Source of the DNA: an uncultured Elusimicrobia bacterium
GTDB lineage: Bacteria; Elusimicrobiota; Elusimicrobia; 2-01-FULL-59-12
Direction: 5' to 3'
Assembly: GCA_963702895.1 (NCBI GenBank)
Contig: OY969767.1
Location: 1,568,001-1,632,000, forward strand
Length of the DNA stretch: 64,000 nucleotides
In this document: positions 35,683-46,653 of the stretch, piece by piece
Position numbering within the stretch: position 1 is the stretch's first letter
How the letters are laid out: each line of letters starts with the position of its first letter
The notes under the pieces: model-generated
The model's database searches: none
What the model was told of the DNA's origin: nothing
What the model saw: only the letters and a program-made list of their open reading frames with translations
Position numbers and translations under genes: made by a program

Positions 35683-35934
35683 CTACTTGATGCGCTGCAG
35701 GGCCTGAGGTATGGCCATTTCAGAGAGAATGAGCTCTCGACTATCGTACACCTTCTGGACGATCATGCCCGATAGACCGATGATGAGAGATCCCGCAATC
35801 ACGAGTGTCGTTAAAAACGAATACAACCGAACTTCATTTCTGTCCTTGACGTACTGCTTGACAGCGCCAAGCACATTCATGGCAATCAAGTAGCACGTCA
35901 AAATGACGATGGTCGCGTAGGCGCTTGCAAACAT
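35683..35934 (-). CDS. Small two-helix membrane hypothetical protein
   Basis: AAGGAG ribosome-binding site; two hydrophobic segments. Confidence 0.6.
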   Translation of the reverse strand: MFASAYATIVILTCYLIAMNVLGAVKQYVKDRNEVRLYSFLTTLVIAGSLIIGLSGMIVQKVYDSRELILSEMAIPQALQRIK

Positions 35935-36013
35935 ACTCTCTCTCCTTAATAGGCTTAGGATATATCAGGATCGCCCGCTCATGCCCTTAGGGCGGGGAAC
36001 CCACGTGTAAATT

Positions 36014-36085
36014 TGGGCGGTGCAGGATTTGAACCTGCGACCCCTGCCTTGTAAGGGCAGTGCTCTACCGCTGAGCTAACCGCCC
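36014..36085 (-). tRNA. tRNA-Val(TAC), CCA not encoded
   Basis: GGGCGGTTAGCTCAGCGGTAGAGCACTGCCCT-TAC-AAGGCAGGGGTCGCAGGTTCAAATCCTGCACCGCCCA. Confidence 0.95.
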
Positions 36086-36214
36086 GACCGATTCTGCCGC
36101 AGACGTTTGGTGGACCATTTCATCGGGACTGCACAGGCCCCCATACTGCCTGTGCCTGCACTCCACGAACAGAGACCGAATTTTACCAGATTTACATGAA
36201 GGAGATTTTCGGGA

Positions 36215-39200
36215 TCAGGCCGCTGCGCAAAGGAGGGCTGTCGTTCGGCTGTTCCCGCCAGGTCTTGGCTGATGGTCTTGGAAGGAAGGTGGGGGCGTCC
36301 CCGTGGGAGCAGGCGGCGTCATGGCTCGTTGGATGAGGTCCAGGACCGCTTGGCGGTACGCGACGCAAGGCGTAAAGAGATGCCACGTCCACCACATCGC
36401 GCCAAGGCCGATCGCGGCCAATTTCGCACGGAAGGAACGGCGGCCTTTACGATATTGCAGGATCTCAAAAGCAATCCGTACCGGCGTCATCCAGACCACA
36501 CGAAGGGGAATGCCTGGACGGACTCCTTCTTCGAAAAAGTCCAAGACCGCTTGTGCCGTCAAGCGCTCCGGACCTGCATCTTTCCACCAGAAGGAGCTGC
36601 CTCCCGGGAACAGTCGCACCTCGAGGGACTTGGCTTGGTCGATATCCCAGGAGGGAATCTCGGGCAAGATCATCGCGAATAGACTCAAGTAGATGGCTGC
36701 CAGGCCGACCAAGACCTGCCCGGGAACGAAGATGATCAATAGACACAGAAACATCACCGCTTGGATGGAATAACCGAGATAGTTCGCAAACTGCTCATGT
36801 TCTGCTCGATTCCACCCAAGATTAGACCGTGAAGAGCGTCTTTGGACAAATCTCTCCCACACCAGGCCCCAGAGGGCCGCTGACAGGGCGCCGAAGACAG
36901 ATCCCCTGTAGACAGGCGGTTCCCCATGCCTGTCGCGGAGCGCCGGATTGTGGGGCCGCGGCTTGCTTCCCGGCTCAGATGTCTCATCATGATTGAGCCC
37001 TGGGGGTGTATGGGGCAACTGAATGGTAAAGGTTGTTCCGATCGCAGTGCGGCGGTGTTCGCGAAGCCGTGTGTACATAGCCAGAATTCTTCGATGCATA
37101 TCTATATGCTCCGACAAATGGGAAAGCACTTCCTTCGGAGGCTCTCCACCTTTCCACATCATTTGCCATAAATCAGAGGACATCAGCGTGTTGGCGTTCA
37201 GATGAGTGCTCGCATGGCCGAGGCTCGAAATCACGGGAGCTAGTGAAGGAGACGACCCGAAGGGCATTGCCATTCTGGCTATTGCAGGACTCAGGGCAGG
37301 AACCTTTTCCCTAAACTGCCGTATTATCGAGCGTGCCGTGGCAAGATCGTTAGCCTGTAACGCATTGTGCAATTCGTTCAAAACATTTCGAGATGTTTCG
37401 TAGGTCGCGATAATCAGGTCTAACACTTGTCGCGTTTCCGGGACAATCGGAATATCTTCGCTCGGGAAATGGCCGCCTTGCGGCAATTTAATCGAATCAT
37501 ATTCCTCGGCAGACAGAGAATCGACCCCGACGGTCGCGCCCAGACGGTCGGCGGCTTGCCGAACAATCCACAGACCGAGGCCGTGCCGATCACCTTCCGC
37601 GTCAACTCGCAGGGGCATGGCTTCCGGGGAATCGACTGAAAACAGCGCATTGATACGGTCCAGTTTTTCGCGCTCGATGCCCTGCCCGTCATCCATGACA
37701 CGAATCATGATTCCCGAGTCCGGCGGGGAGGCCTCCAGTTCGATAACAATGTGTGACGCATGAGCCTTTCTGGCGTTTTTGATGAGATTCGACAACGCCC
37801 GGTAAAGCGCCGCTTCGTCAAAGGTCGCTCTGGGAAGCGGTGACCGGCTCACCACCTGCACTTTACCTTGATTTGACATCACCTGCCGGGTCCACTGTTC
37901 CAAATCCGCGTCCCGGATGATCATCGGTGATCCGGCTATCACCAACTGTGCCCTGCGAAGGCCGGATAAAAGGCTATTTCCCAAATCGTACGAAAGGCCT
38001 TGCCTGGCGGATGCGATGGAGGAGGCATTGCCTAAGCAAATCCTCTCGATCTCAAGAAGCTGATTTCTTACTCGTGTCCGCAGCTCATCCGCATCACGAC
38101 GCAGGGTTCTCGTGACAGTCGGGTGTCGATACAGTTTCGAGAACGAATTCTCTGTTGCCATCTCAGCATCGACGCGGCCAGCCCATGCCCTGTTGCCCAC
38201 ATCGATGCTCGCGATACGATCACCCATCTCTCTTGCCTGCGTTATAAATTCGTCATCGGCAGATTCGCGTTTCTCAAGCTGCATTGCAAGCAAGGACAAG
38301 TTACCTTTGATGCTTGCAAGTTCATTTCCTAAATCATGAAGCATTTCCCTAAATTCATAGACGTTCAGCAGATCAGCGGAGGGCGACGACGTAGTCCGGG
38401 TCCAGAGATGCTGCAGCCTGTGCCAAAGGAACGCAAACAGAACCCCGAGACCCGCTCCCATGTAGGTCGGCGCTGCGCCGTTGTCGCCCGGTCCACGCGC
38501 GGCGGGGGCGCCGGTCCGGAGGCCTCTCATCACGTTCACGTGGGTGAGGGGACTCATATCGCAGCCGGAACTTATGATGAAAGGACGCTTCCCCATTGAA
38601 TCTGTCAAAGCCGTCACCTTGGCCGCGGCCTGGTTGGAAGGGTCTTCTCCCAACGATTCGAGCTCCTTCGCGCTCAGATTCCCCATCACGATCTTGCCGT
38701 TAGGCCTGCCATCTGGATCCAGGGCCAGTTTGTCATAAGCCTCCGCCATCGAGATGTTTTCCGCAAGGCTGTAGCCCTGAACGTTCATCGCTTGCCAAAA
38801 AGGAAACATGAGTCCCGGCTTGGTTTCGCGCTTGCACGTGTGGATGATGACGGCGGCGCCGGCGGCGTTGATGGTGCCGGCCAGGCGATTCACCGGACCC
38901 ACACAGAACCGCCGCAGACTGCTGGGTTCGCTTGGTTTGTCTTTGGGAAAGAGGGTCGAGAGAAACTCCGATGAGGGGTCGGCAATCACGATCACGTCCG
39001 CCCCAGCCGCCACGAGGGCCTTGGCATAGGCTTCCTGCACGCGGACAGCATAATCCACCAGGGCATCCATCAGGTCGGGGTCACTTTTGGCGAGGGCTGC
39101 GGCGTTGGTTTCTTCCATCACGCGCGCCGCCAATGAGAAGGGACCGATCACATAAGCCACGAGAGGTTTCCGTCGGCCGAAGCCTGTCCTGAGTTTGGCC

Positions 39201-40903
39201 ATGGCCTTCAAAAAGACAGGCATCCGACCGGTCGTCTCTGGAGACGGGACCTGAAGCCCGCGGATCTTCTCAATCCATTCGGACCGTTGGGCATCGCTAG
39301 TAAATCAATCGGGCAAATCTTTGAAGAAATCGAAGCGGGTCTTCAGTTCCGGTACGCCCAGGTCATAAATCCATTCCAGGCTCTCGGGCCGGTGGCCGTT
39401 GGCCAAATAGACCGCTTCCTTCTCCAGAGAAAGGTCCATAGGGGTGTTGGCGGCATCGGTTTGGACATGCGTCGTCGACCAGGCCATCACCTCGGCCATC
39501 AGCTCGGCATCTTGCGTCACCTGTTCACAGGTGTAGTGGGTGCCGTGCTCCCGGTTATAGTGGGATAGCGCGCCCAGCCCCAGGACGGGGACGAAGGCCC
39601 GCCGCTCGGCGAGCGATTGCAGGAGACGCGTTCTTTCCGCTAGACCGGCAGCCAGCGGAAGAGGCGCGGCATTCTGCAACGGCACCGGATGCTGCCGGCC
39701 GCGGCGGCCGTCGGGCGCATGCCGCCCGAGAAATCCCGGTTCATGGCCCACGGCGATGCCGTCAATGGTGAAGTGCCTGCCTGACCATTGCCCCATCTTC
39801 CGCTCCTCGCCCGGTTGCTGCGACCTATGCACACCCGGGCCCATTCCCATGTCGACGTCTCCACCCTTGGCAAGGCGTGCTTGAGAGGCGCTGCTAATTC
39901 TTGTTGAACTTTCCCTCCTTTCCAGCAAGCTCCGATAGTTCTCCGCTATCTGTACTTGTTCATCCAGTTTCGCAAGCCGCCTAGATCGTTCTTTAGGGCT
40001 ATTCCGGTACTCATATTGAAGGCGCTCTCGGATGCGCCGCGCGTTCAGCGGCACACCGCGCAAGTGAAACAGAGCCATCTCTTGATGCCCGAGTCGGCTC
40101 TGGACAAGGCCCAGCAGGATGCGGGCTCTGAGAACTTCTTGAATCCAGTAATAAGTACTGCGGCCGGCAAGTATGAGCGTTTGCTTCAACTCAAGGCTCA
40201 CGGCATTGAGTTCATCGGGGTCATTATTCCTCAGAGCCTGTTCCGCCTGTCGGATGGAATTAACGGCCATGTCATGCACGCCGGCACGCGCGAGATGCCT
40301 CATCACACGATCCAGATTCGCCTGTCTTTCACGAACGGCCGCTGGGATATGACTGTCCGGCCTAAGACCTCTGATGACCCCCTTGAATATTTGTGAGAGG
40401 GCGTCCTGATGAGCGGGATCTGTCGTGAACGCATCAAGCGCAGCAAACACTTGTTCAAACGGCTGACCCGTCCAGTCCGCTATCCGACGGCTGATCACCC
40501 TACGCATAGTTATGCGCTTTGGATTCTCTGGTGAAGCGGACCGTACGGTTGAAGCTTGTTCCCTTCTGGAAGGAGCTTTCGGTGGCATCGCCGCTGCTGG
40601 AGCGATTGGCGCTTCAGAGATGTCCTGGGTTTCCGGGACGTGAGCGGGCCCCAACGATGGGGCGGGTTCGACGGTTTGGCGGCGAAGTTACTGAAAACTC
40701 TGACGCATGCGCTGCATGATCGAGTGGCGAGGCGAGAGCAAAAATGGCACAACCGCCTGTTCGGCATAGAGCGAGGAGGCGGTGAGGGACGCTCGAGAAT
40801 CAAGCCGCCCGCCCGCCGCGGAGAATGCCGACGCGGGGACGGAACCCGGCAACAGGCAGGGGATGAGAAGCAGCGCGAAAAGCCTAAGCAGAGGTCTTGG
40901 CAT
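36215..40903 (-). pseudogene. Giant mosaic protein (signal peptide, URO-D/MtaA-like domain, His-kinase, membrane segments) with two in-frame stops
   Basis: ORFs 40688-40903, 39305-40654 and 36215-39223 share one frame; the URO-D-like domain spans the TGA. Confidence 0.75.
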
Positions 40904-41101
40904 GGGTGAACAACCACGGCACGGAACGATTGATACGCTTCCGCGAATACCCGTGAATCGTTGCTTCTATTTTAGGGCACGGTCATCGGAGAAGAAATGG
41001 GCTGGAGGGCTACAAAAAAGGGACTATTTGGCCTAGGCCTAAAGGCCCTCTTGGAGATTAAAAAACCGGGGTATTTCATTAGCAGTTCCGCGAGCGGGCA
41101 A

Positions 41102-41235
41102 GGCGCTTGGGGGTGTTTTGTCGTGCGTAGCCCGCCATAGGGGAAGGGGGACCCGCCCGATGTCTGGCGGGGGGAACCGCGGGATGGTTCCCTTAGAGGG
41201 ACTGGCGGGCGGCACGACAAAACACCCCGGGCGCC
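41102..41235. repeat. Long nested palindrome downstream of purB
   Basis: GGCGCTTGGGGGTGTTTTGTCGTGC..GCCCGCCA / TGGCGGGC..GCACGACAAAACACCCCGGGCGCC. Confidence 0.75.
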
Positions 41236-41282
41236 CTTTTAGAAAGTCGCGAAATCACGAAAGAGATACAAAACGTGGATAT

Positions 41283-42578
41283 TTAGAGACCCAGCCGCTT
41301 GAAGATGTCGCGGACGTGGCGCACGTAATAGGCGGGATCAAAAACCTGGTCAAGCTCCGCTTTGCTCAGCTTCCCTTTGAAGCGGGGGTCTGACGAGACC
41401 AATTGGCGGAAGCTCTCCCCCTCCTGCCACGCTTTCATCGCGTGTTCCTGGACCGTGCGATACGCCTCGTCGCGTCCCACGCCTTTGTCCACGAGCGCAA
41501 GCAAGAGCCGCTGCGAAGCGATCAGTTCGACTGTCTTGAGCATATTGCGCTTCATGTTCTGTGGGTAGACCTGCAGACCGCGCAGGACGTTGTTCAACCG
41601 CACGATCATGAAGTCGAGCAGGATCGTCGAATCCGGCAGGATCACCCGCTCCACCGACGAATGGCTGATATCGCGCTCATGCCAGAGCGCGACATTCTCC
41701 AGGGCCGCCATCGCGTTGCTGCGGACCAGGCGCGCCAAACCGCAGAGATTCTCGCAGGCGATCGGGTTGCGCTTGTGCGGCATCGCGGAGCTCCCCTTCT
41801 GGCCTTTGCTGAAGGGCTCTTCCACCTCCAGGACTTCCGTGCGCTGCAGGTGCCGGATTTCCAGCGCGATCCGTTCAATGCCGGCCGCCACGATGGCCAG
41901 TTCGGCCATGTACTCGGCATGCCGGTCCCGCGGGATGACTTGCGTGGCTGCCGGCTCGGCCTTGAGCCCCAGCTGTTTGCAGATATATTCTTCGATGGAA
42001 GGATCGAGGTGCGCGAAGGTCCCCATCGCCCCGGAGATCGATCCATAGCCCGCGACCTCGCGGGCGCGCCTTAGCCGCTCTTCGGAGCGGCGCAACTCGC
42101 TGTACCAGCCGGCGACCTTGAAACCGAAGGTGATCGGCTCGCCGTGAATGCCGTGCGAACGCCCGATCATGAGCGTTTTCTCGTGCGCCTTGGCGAGTGC
42201 GGCGACCGTCTTCTGCAGTTCGGAAAGATCTTTCAACAGCAGGTCCGCCGCTTCCACCATTTGGACCGCCAGCGCGGTGTCGAGAACGTCCGACGACGTC
42301 AGCCCAAAATGCAGGTACTGCTGGGCTTCGGGACCCACGGTCTCGGCCACCTGGGTCACAAAAGCGATGACGTCGTGCTTGACCTCTTTTTCGATCTCGC
42401 GGATGCGCGGCACATCGATGCGCGCCTTGTCGCGGATCTTCGCCAGCGCGGCGGCCGGGACCTTCTTTTGCTTCACCAGCGCCTCGGTGGAGAGCAGCTC
42501 CACTTCCAGCATCTTTTCAAAGCGGTATTCGTCCGTCCACAGACGGGTCATTTCGGGCCGGGCGTAGCGTTCAATCAT
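41283..42578 (-). CDS. purB: Adenylosuccinate lyase
   Basis: MIERY, GRSHG, GSSAMPHKRNP, WHERDISHSS. Confidence 0.97.
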   Translation of the reverse strand: MIERYARPEMTRLWTDEYRFEKMLEVELLSTEALVKQKKVPAAALAKIRDKARIDVPRIREIEKEVKHDVIAFVTQVAETVGPEAQQYLHFGLTSSDVLDTALAVQMVEAADLLLKDLSELQKTVAALAKAHEKTLMIGRSHGIHGEPITFGFKVAGWYSELRRSEERLRRAREVAGYGSISGAMGTFAHLDPSIEEYICKQLGLKAEPAATQVIPRDRHAEYMAELAIVAAGIERIALEIRHLQRTEVLEVEEPFSKGQKGSSAMPHKRNPIACENLCGLARLVRSNAMAALENVALWHERDISHSSVERVILPDSTILLDFMIVRLNNVLRGLQVYPQNMKRNMLKTVELIASQRLLLALVDKGVGRDEAYRTVQEHAMKAWQEGESFRQLVSSDPRFKGKLSKAELDQVFDPAYYVRHVRDIFKRLGL

Positions 42579-42602
42579 TGGATTAACCTCTTCAGTCGAG
42601 TA

Positions 42603-42715
42603 CGTCATTCCGGCGGAAGCCGTCCGCCAGACGTCTGGCGGACTGTCCCTTCCTATGATCTCTAGGGATGGGGACGGAATCTATCATGATAGACCCCGGC
42701 TTTCGCCGGGGTGAC
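42603..42715. repeat. CGTC-type REP doublet with nested inserts (left of purN)
   Basis: Inverted near-identical copy at 43348-43465. Confidence 0.85.
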
Positions 42716-43316
42716 AGCCGATGATCGGCAGATTCTCACAGAACTGTCTAAGGGTTTCTGGATAGAGCTGATGTTCCTGCTCTAAAACTCTCTGCGCGAG
42801 CGTCTCCGCGGTATCGCCGGGGAGGACGGGGACTTTCGCCTGCGCGAGCGTCTTCCCATGATCATACTCCTCATCCACCACATGCACGGTACATCCCGAT
42901 TCTTTCTCCCCCGCGGCGAGCACCGCCTCATGGACAAAATGGCCGTACATTCCGGGCCCGCCAAACTTCGGGAGCAGCGCGGGATGGATGTTGAGGATGC
43001 GGCCTCGAAAACCCCTGACAATCTGGGGCCCCAACTTCCGTAAGTAGCCCGCCAGGCAAATCACATCAGGCGCCGCGGCTTTTAAGCGGGTGAAGACCTC
43101 GGCCTGAAACGCTTCTTCGGTGGCGAAGGCCTTCGGTTCGACGACAGCCGTCGGGACCCCATGTTTGGCTGCCCGCTCCAGAGCGAACACCCCCGGTTTG
43201 CTTGAAAGAACGAGCACGAATTCGAGGAGCGGTATTCTGGCATCCAAGAGCGCCTGCAAGTTGGACCCACTGCCCGACACCAGGACTGCCACACGTACTG
43301 TTCTATTGCCAGACAC
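42684..43316 (-). CDS. purN: Phosphoribosylglycinamide formyltransferase
   Basis: SGSGSNLQA, NIHPALLP, GCTVH.V..YD.G. Confidence 0.96.
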   Translation of the reverse strand: MSGNRTVRVAVLVSGSGSNLQALLDARIPLLEFVLVLSSKPGVFALERAAKHGVPTAVVEPKAFATEEAFQAEVFTRLKAAAPDVICLAGYLRKLGPQIVRGFRGRILNIHPALLPKFGGPGMYGHFVHEAVLAAGEKESGCTVHVVDEEYDHGKTLAQAKVPVLPGDTAETLAQRVLEQEHQLYPETLRQFCENLPIIGCHPGESRGLS

Positions 43317-43347
43317 GATTTAACTCTCCCCATGCAAAGTGACAAAT

Positions 43348-43465
43348 CGTCACCCCGGCGCACGCCGGGGTCCAGTCGATGTTCTGGATTCCGTCCCCAT
43401 CCCTAGAGATCATAGGAAGGGACAGTCCGCCAGACGTCTGGCGGACGGCTTTCGCCGGAATGACG
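43348..43465. repeat. CGTC-type REP doublet with nested inserts (right of purN)
   Basis: Reverse complement of 42603-42715. Confidence 0.85.
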
Positions 43466-43485
43466 TTTCACTACAGAGCATTGCA

Positions 43486-44445
43486 CTAACTGAATCGGAT
43501 CCCTTTGGACCCTTCCTCTATGACGCCGATGGGATAAACCGGACGGAGGTGCTCTTCCACGACGGCCACATCCTTGGGTGAGACCACCAGCACCATGCCA
43601 ATGCCCATGTTGAGCGTATTGAACATCTCCTCGTCCGGGATGCCGGCGCGCCGCTGGATCTCATGGAAAAGCTCCGGCACCGGCCAGCTGCGGAGCGTGA
43701 TCCGCGCCTGGACGCCTCGGGGCAGCACGCGCGGGATATTGCCGATGAAGCTCTCGCCCGTGATGTGCGCCATGGCCTTGATGAGCGGCCTCTTGCGCTC
43801 GATGAGTGGCATGAGGGCCTTCACATAAATGCGGGTGGGCTCCAGGAACTCCGCCATCCGGCGCCGGAGCTCAGGCTCCGTATAAAGTTTGCGGACCAAA
43901 GAATAGCCGTTGGAATGAAGGCCCGAGGACGGAAGACCAAGGACCACGTCCCCCGGCCGCACGCTTTTCCCGGTGATCACGCGGGGCTTATCCACCACGC
44001 CCACCGCGAAACCGGCGAGGTCGTATTCGCCTTCGGCATAGAACCCCGGCATCTCCGCGGTTTCCCCGCCCAGAAGAACACAGTTCGATTGCTCACAGCC
44101 GTGGACAATGCCGCGGACCACCTTTTCAGCCCGGTCGACATCGAGCTTGCCGCAGGCAAAGTAATCCAGGAAAAAGAGGGGTTTGGCGCCCGAACAGAGA
44201 AGGTCGTTGACGTTCATCGCGACAAGGTCAAGGCCCACCGTGTCGTGCTTGTCCGCGAGAAACGCCAGCTTGAGCTTGGTGCCCACACCGTCCGTGCAGC
44301 CGACGAGCTGCGGGCTCTTCATGCCTTTGGCTGGAAACGGAAAGAGCCCGGCAAAGCCACCGATCAAGGGGGACATCTTTTTGATGCGTTCAACGAGCGC
44401 GTCACCCGCCTCGACATCCACGCCCGCTTTTTTATAGGTGATCAT
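43486..44445 (-). CDS. purM: AIR synthetase
   Basis: YKKAGVD, TDGVGTK, GGETAEMPG, SSGLHSNGYSL. Confidence 0.97.
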   Translation of the reverse strand: MITYKKAGVDVEAGDALVERIKKMSPLIGGFAGLFPFPAKGMKSPQLVGCTDGVGTKLKLAFLADKHDTVGLDLVAMNVNDLLCSGAKPLFFLDYFACGKLDVDRAEKVVRGIVHGCEQSNCVLLGGETAEMPGFYAEGEYDLAGFAVGVVDKPRVITGKSVRPGDVVLGLPSSGLHSNGYSLVRKLYTEPELRRRMAEFLEPTRIYVKALMPLIERKRPLIKAMAHITGESFIGNIPRVLPRGVQARITLRSWPVPELFHEIQRRAGIPDEEMFNTLNMGIGMVLVVSPKDVAVVEEHLRPVYPIGVIEEGSKGIRFS

Positions 44446-45041
44446 GCTTTCTTCGCCGGTTCGGGCCGGCTGCCCGGTTTGACCAGCAGGAGCCCTTCCT
44501 TGCACAGGGGACAGTTGTCCGGCGCGTACGTGACCAGGGGCAACCGCAAAAGAACATGTTTCGGCGCTGAGAAGCGGGCGTCCGATTCCCCCCGCTCAGC
44601 TAAAGCCGCATAGCCTGCCACGTGAGCGCCGGCGTTTTCCACGAGTCTCGCCACTTCACGGACCGAACCGCCGGTGGTGATCACGTCTTCGGCCACGATG
44701 ACCTCTTCTCCGGGAGCAAGCGCGAAACCCCGCCGCAGGACGAATTGGCCATCGACCCGCTCCGCGAAAATGGCCCTCGCGCCGAGGGCGCGGCCAATCA
44801 CGTACCCCATCACAATACCGCCAATGGCGGGTGTGACAACGGCTGTCACGGGCTTGTCGATGGAGACGGCCTTGATTTTTCGCGCGAGCGCCGCTCCCAG
44901 CCGGTCCGCGTCACAGCCGTGCTGAAGAAGAAGCGCGCATTGCAAATAGCTGTCCGAGTGAAGGCCGCTCGTGAGCTTGAAATGACCCTGCAAGAGCGCT
45001 CCGCGCTCCTTGAACATCTTGAGCACATCTTCTTGTTTCAT
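44442..45041 (-). CDS. pyrE: Orotate phosphoribosyltransferase
   Basis: GHFKLTSGLHS; EDVITTGGS. Confidence 0.95.
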   Translation of the reverse strand: MKQEDVLKMFKERGALLQGHFKLTSGLHSDSYLQCALLLQHGCDADRLGAALARKIKAVSIDKPVTAVVTPAIGGIVMGYVIGRALGARAIFAERVDGQFVLRRGFALAPGEEVIVAEDVITTGGSVREVARLVENAGAHVAGYAALAERGESDARFSAPKHVLLRLPLVTYAPDNCPLCKEGLLLVKPGSRPEPAKKA

Positions 45042-45718
45042 CGTTTCACCTTGAGGGATTGATAAATCTCTTGGACAGTCTCCATCGGACTCCTCGATTC
45101 TATCACGGGCCGGCCCATCACAAAAAAGTCAACACCCTGCCGGACGGCTTCGAGCGGTGTTTCCACCCGTTTCTGGTCGTCGCTGGCCTTCGCGAGGCGA
45201 ATGCCGGGGGTCACAACCTGAAAGCTCTTCCCGCAGGCATTCTTAATGGCCAACGCCTCCCGCACCGAGGAGATCACGCCCTCCAGGCCACACTCGGCGG
45301 CCGCCGTCGCGAGCATGAGCGTCTGGTCCTGAATACTGCGGGTGATGCCCAAGCGTTCCAGGTCCTTCTCGTCGAGACTCGTCAGGACCGTCACGCCCCA
45401 AAGCTTCGGGCGCTTCGTGACAGCCGCGGCTTCCTTCATCATGCCCTTGCCGCCGCAGGTGTGAAGGGTGGCGCTGTAGACACCCCACTCGCCCGCCCGT
45501 GCGATGGCCTTGGCCACGACGCTCGGGATGTCATGAAACTTCATATCGAGGAAGATCTCAGCGCCCAGGGCGCGGATCTGCGAAAGAAGCGCTCCGCCGT
45601 ATTTTAGGAAAAGGACCGGCCCCACCTTGAACAAATCCACCTGGGGCTTGAGCTCCCGCACCAGGCGCAGGGCCTCCTGGTCGGTCTCCACATCGAGGGC
45701 CACAATCAGCGGTTTCAT
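45038..45718 (-). CDS. pyrF: Orotidine-5'-phosphate decarboxylase
   Basis: [26 protein letters not shown]. Confidence 0.96.
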   Translation of the reverse strand: MKPLIVALDVETDQEALRLVRELKPQVDLFKVGPVLFLKYGGALLSQIRALGAEIFLDMKFHDIPSVVAKAIARAGEWGVYSATLHTCGGKGMMKEAAAVTKRPKLWGVTVLTSLDEKDLERLGITRSIQDQTLMLATAAAECGLEGVISSVREALAIKNACGKSFQVVTPGIRLAKASDDQKRVETPLEAVRQGVDFFVMGRPVIESRSPMETVQEIYQSLKVKR

Positions 45719-46650
45719 ACTCTCAAGCTCCCGACGAGGCTGTTGATGTCCCGGATGCCCTCGGTCCGGCAATAGTCTTCCAATCCCCGGGCGATCTGAC
45801 CCGAGGCGTCCGGGTGGTAAAAGTTGGCCGTCCCCACTTGAACGGCATGCGCTCCGGCGATCATAAACTCCAGAGCATCTTCCGTACGGGCGATGCCGCC
45901 GATCCCAATCACCGGAATTTTGACCGCGCGCGAGGCTTCCCAGACCATACGCAGAGCCACCGGTTTGATGGCCGGGCCCGAAAGGCCCCCCGTGACAAAT
46001 CGCAGGCGCGGGCGCCGGGTCTTGACATTGACCGCCATGCCGACGAACGTGTTCACGGCCGAAATGGCGTCGGCTCCCGCCTCTTCGCAGGCCCGGGCGA
46101 ACGGGCGGATGTCCGTGACATTCGGCGAGAGCTTCACCCACAGAGGGATCTTCGGGGAGGCCTTCCTGGTTCGGGCGGTCACCTTGAACGTGTCGCGGGG
46201 GTCCTTGTTGAAGTGAAAGCCGCCGTGCTTCACATTCGGACAGGAGATGTTCAGTTCGAGCGCGGCAATCCCCGGGACATCGTTCAGGAACCGGGCCACC
46301 TCGAGATAGTCCTCGAGCGTAAACCCCACGATGTTCACGACGACCTGGGTGTCGAACTTCCGCAGGGCCGGCAGTTTCTTCGCGACAAACTCCCGGGCCC
46401 CGATGTTCTGCCAGCCGATCGCGTTGAGCATGCCGGAAGCCGTCTCATAAATGCGCGGCGGGGGGTTGCCCTCGATCGGCTTCATCGAAATCCCCTTGAC
46501 CACCACGCCCCCGATCGAATGGAGATCCACGAGGTGCGTAAACTCAACCCCGTAGGCAAAGGTGCCACTGGCGGTCAAGACCGGGTTTTTAAAGCGGACT
46601 CCGCCAATCTCGACGGCCATCTTCGGATGTATGTTGGGTTTAGTCATCAT
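45715..46650 (-). CDS. pyrD: Dihydroorotate dehydrogenase 1B catalytic subunit
   Basis: [29 protein letters not shown]. Confidence 0.96.
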   Translation of the reverse strand: MMTKPNIHPKMAVEIGGVRFKNPVLTASGTFAYGVEFTHLVDLHSIGGVVVKGISMKPIEGNPPPRIYETASGMLNAIGWQNIGAREFVAKKLPALRKFDTQVVVNIVGFTLEDYLEVARFLNDVPGIAALELNISCPNVKHGGFHFNKDPRDTFKVTARTRKASPKIPLWVKLSPNVTDIRPFARACEEAGADAISAVNTFVGMAVNVKTRRPRLRFVTGGLSGPAIKPVALRMVWEASRAVKIPVIGIGGIARTEDALEFMIAGAHAVQVGTANFYHPDASGQIARGLEDYCRTEGIRDINSLVGSLRV

Positions 46651-46653
46651 GAT

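Noticed and set aside
37030..37520. Intein in the kinase domain
   Set aside because: There is no C-terminal His-Asn followed by Cys/Ser/Thr and no homing-endonuclease motif.
31415..40690. Stop-codon reassignment or Sec/Pyl readthrough explaining the in-frame stops
   Set aside because: All three stop types are involved and core genes end normally at TAG, TGA and TAA; pseudogenisation is simpler.
29545..41282. Prophage or ICE
   Set aside because: No integrase, structural, relaxase or replication genes are visible.
45719..46141. N-terminal extensions in the ORF track for pyrF (also pyrC, purM, purQ, purB, dcd, nrdR)
   Set aside because: They overlap upstream genes or repeats; downstream ATGs match the family starts.
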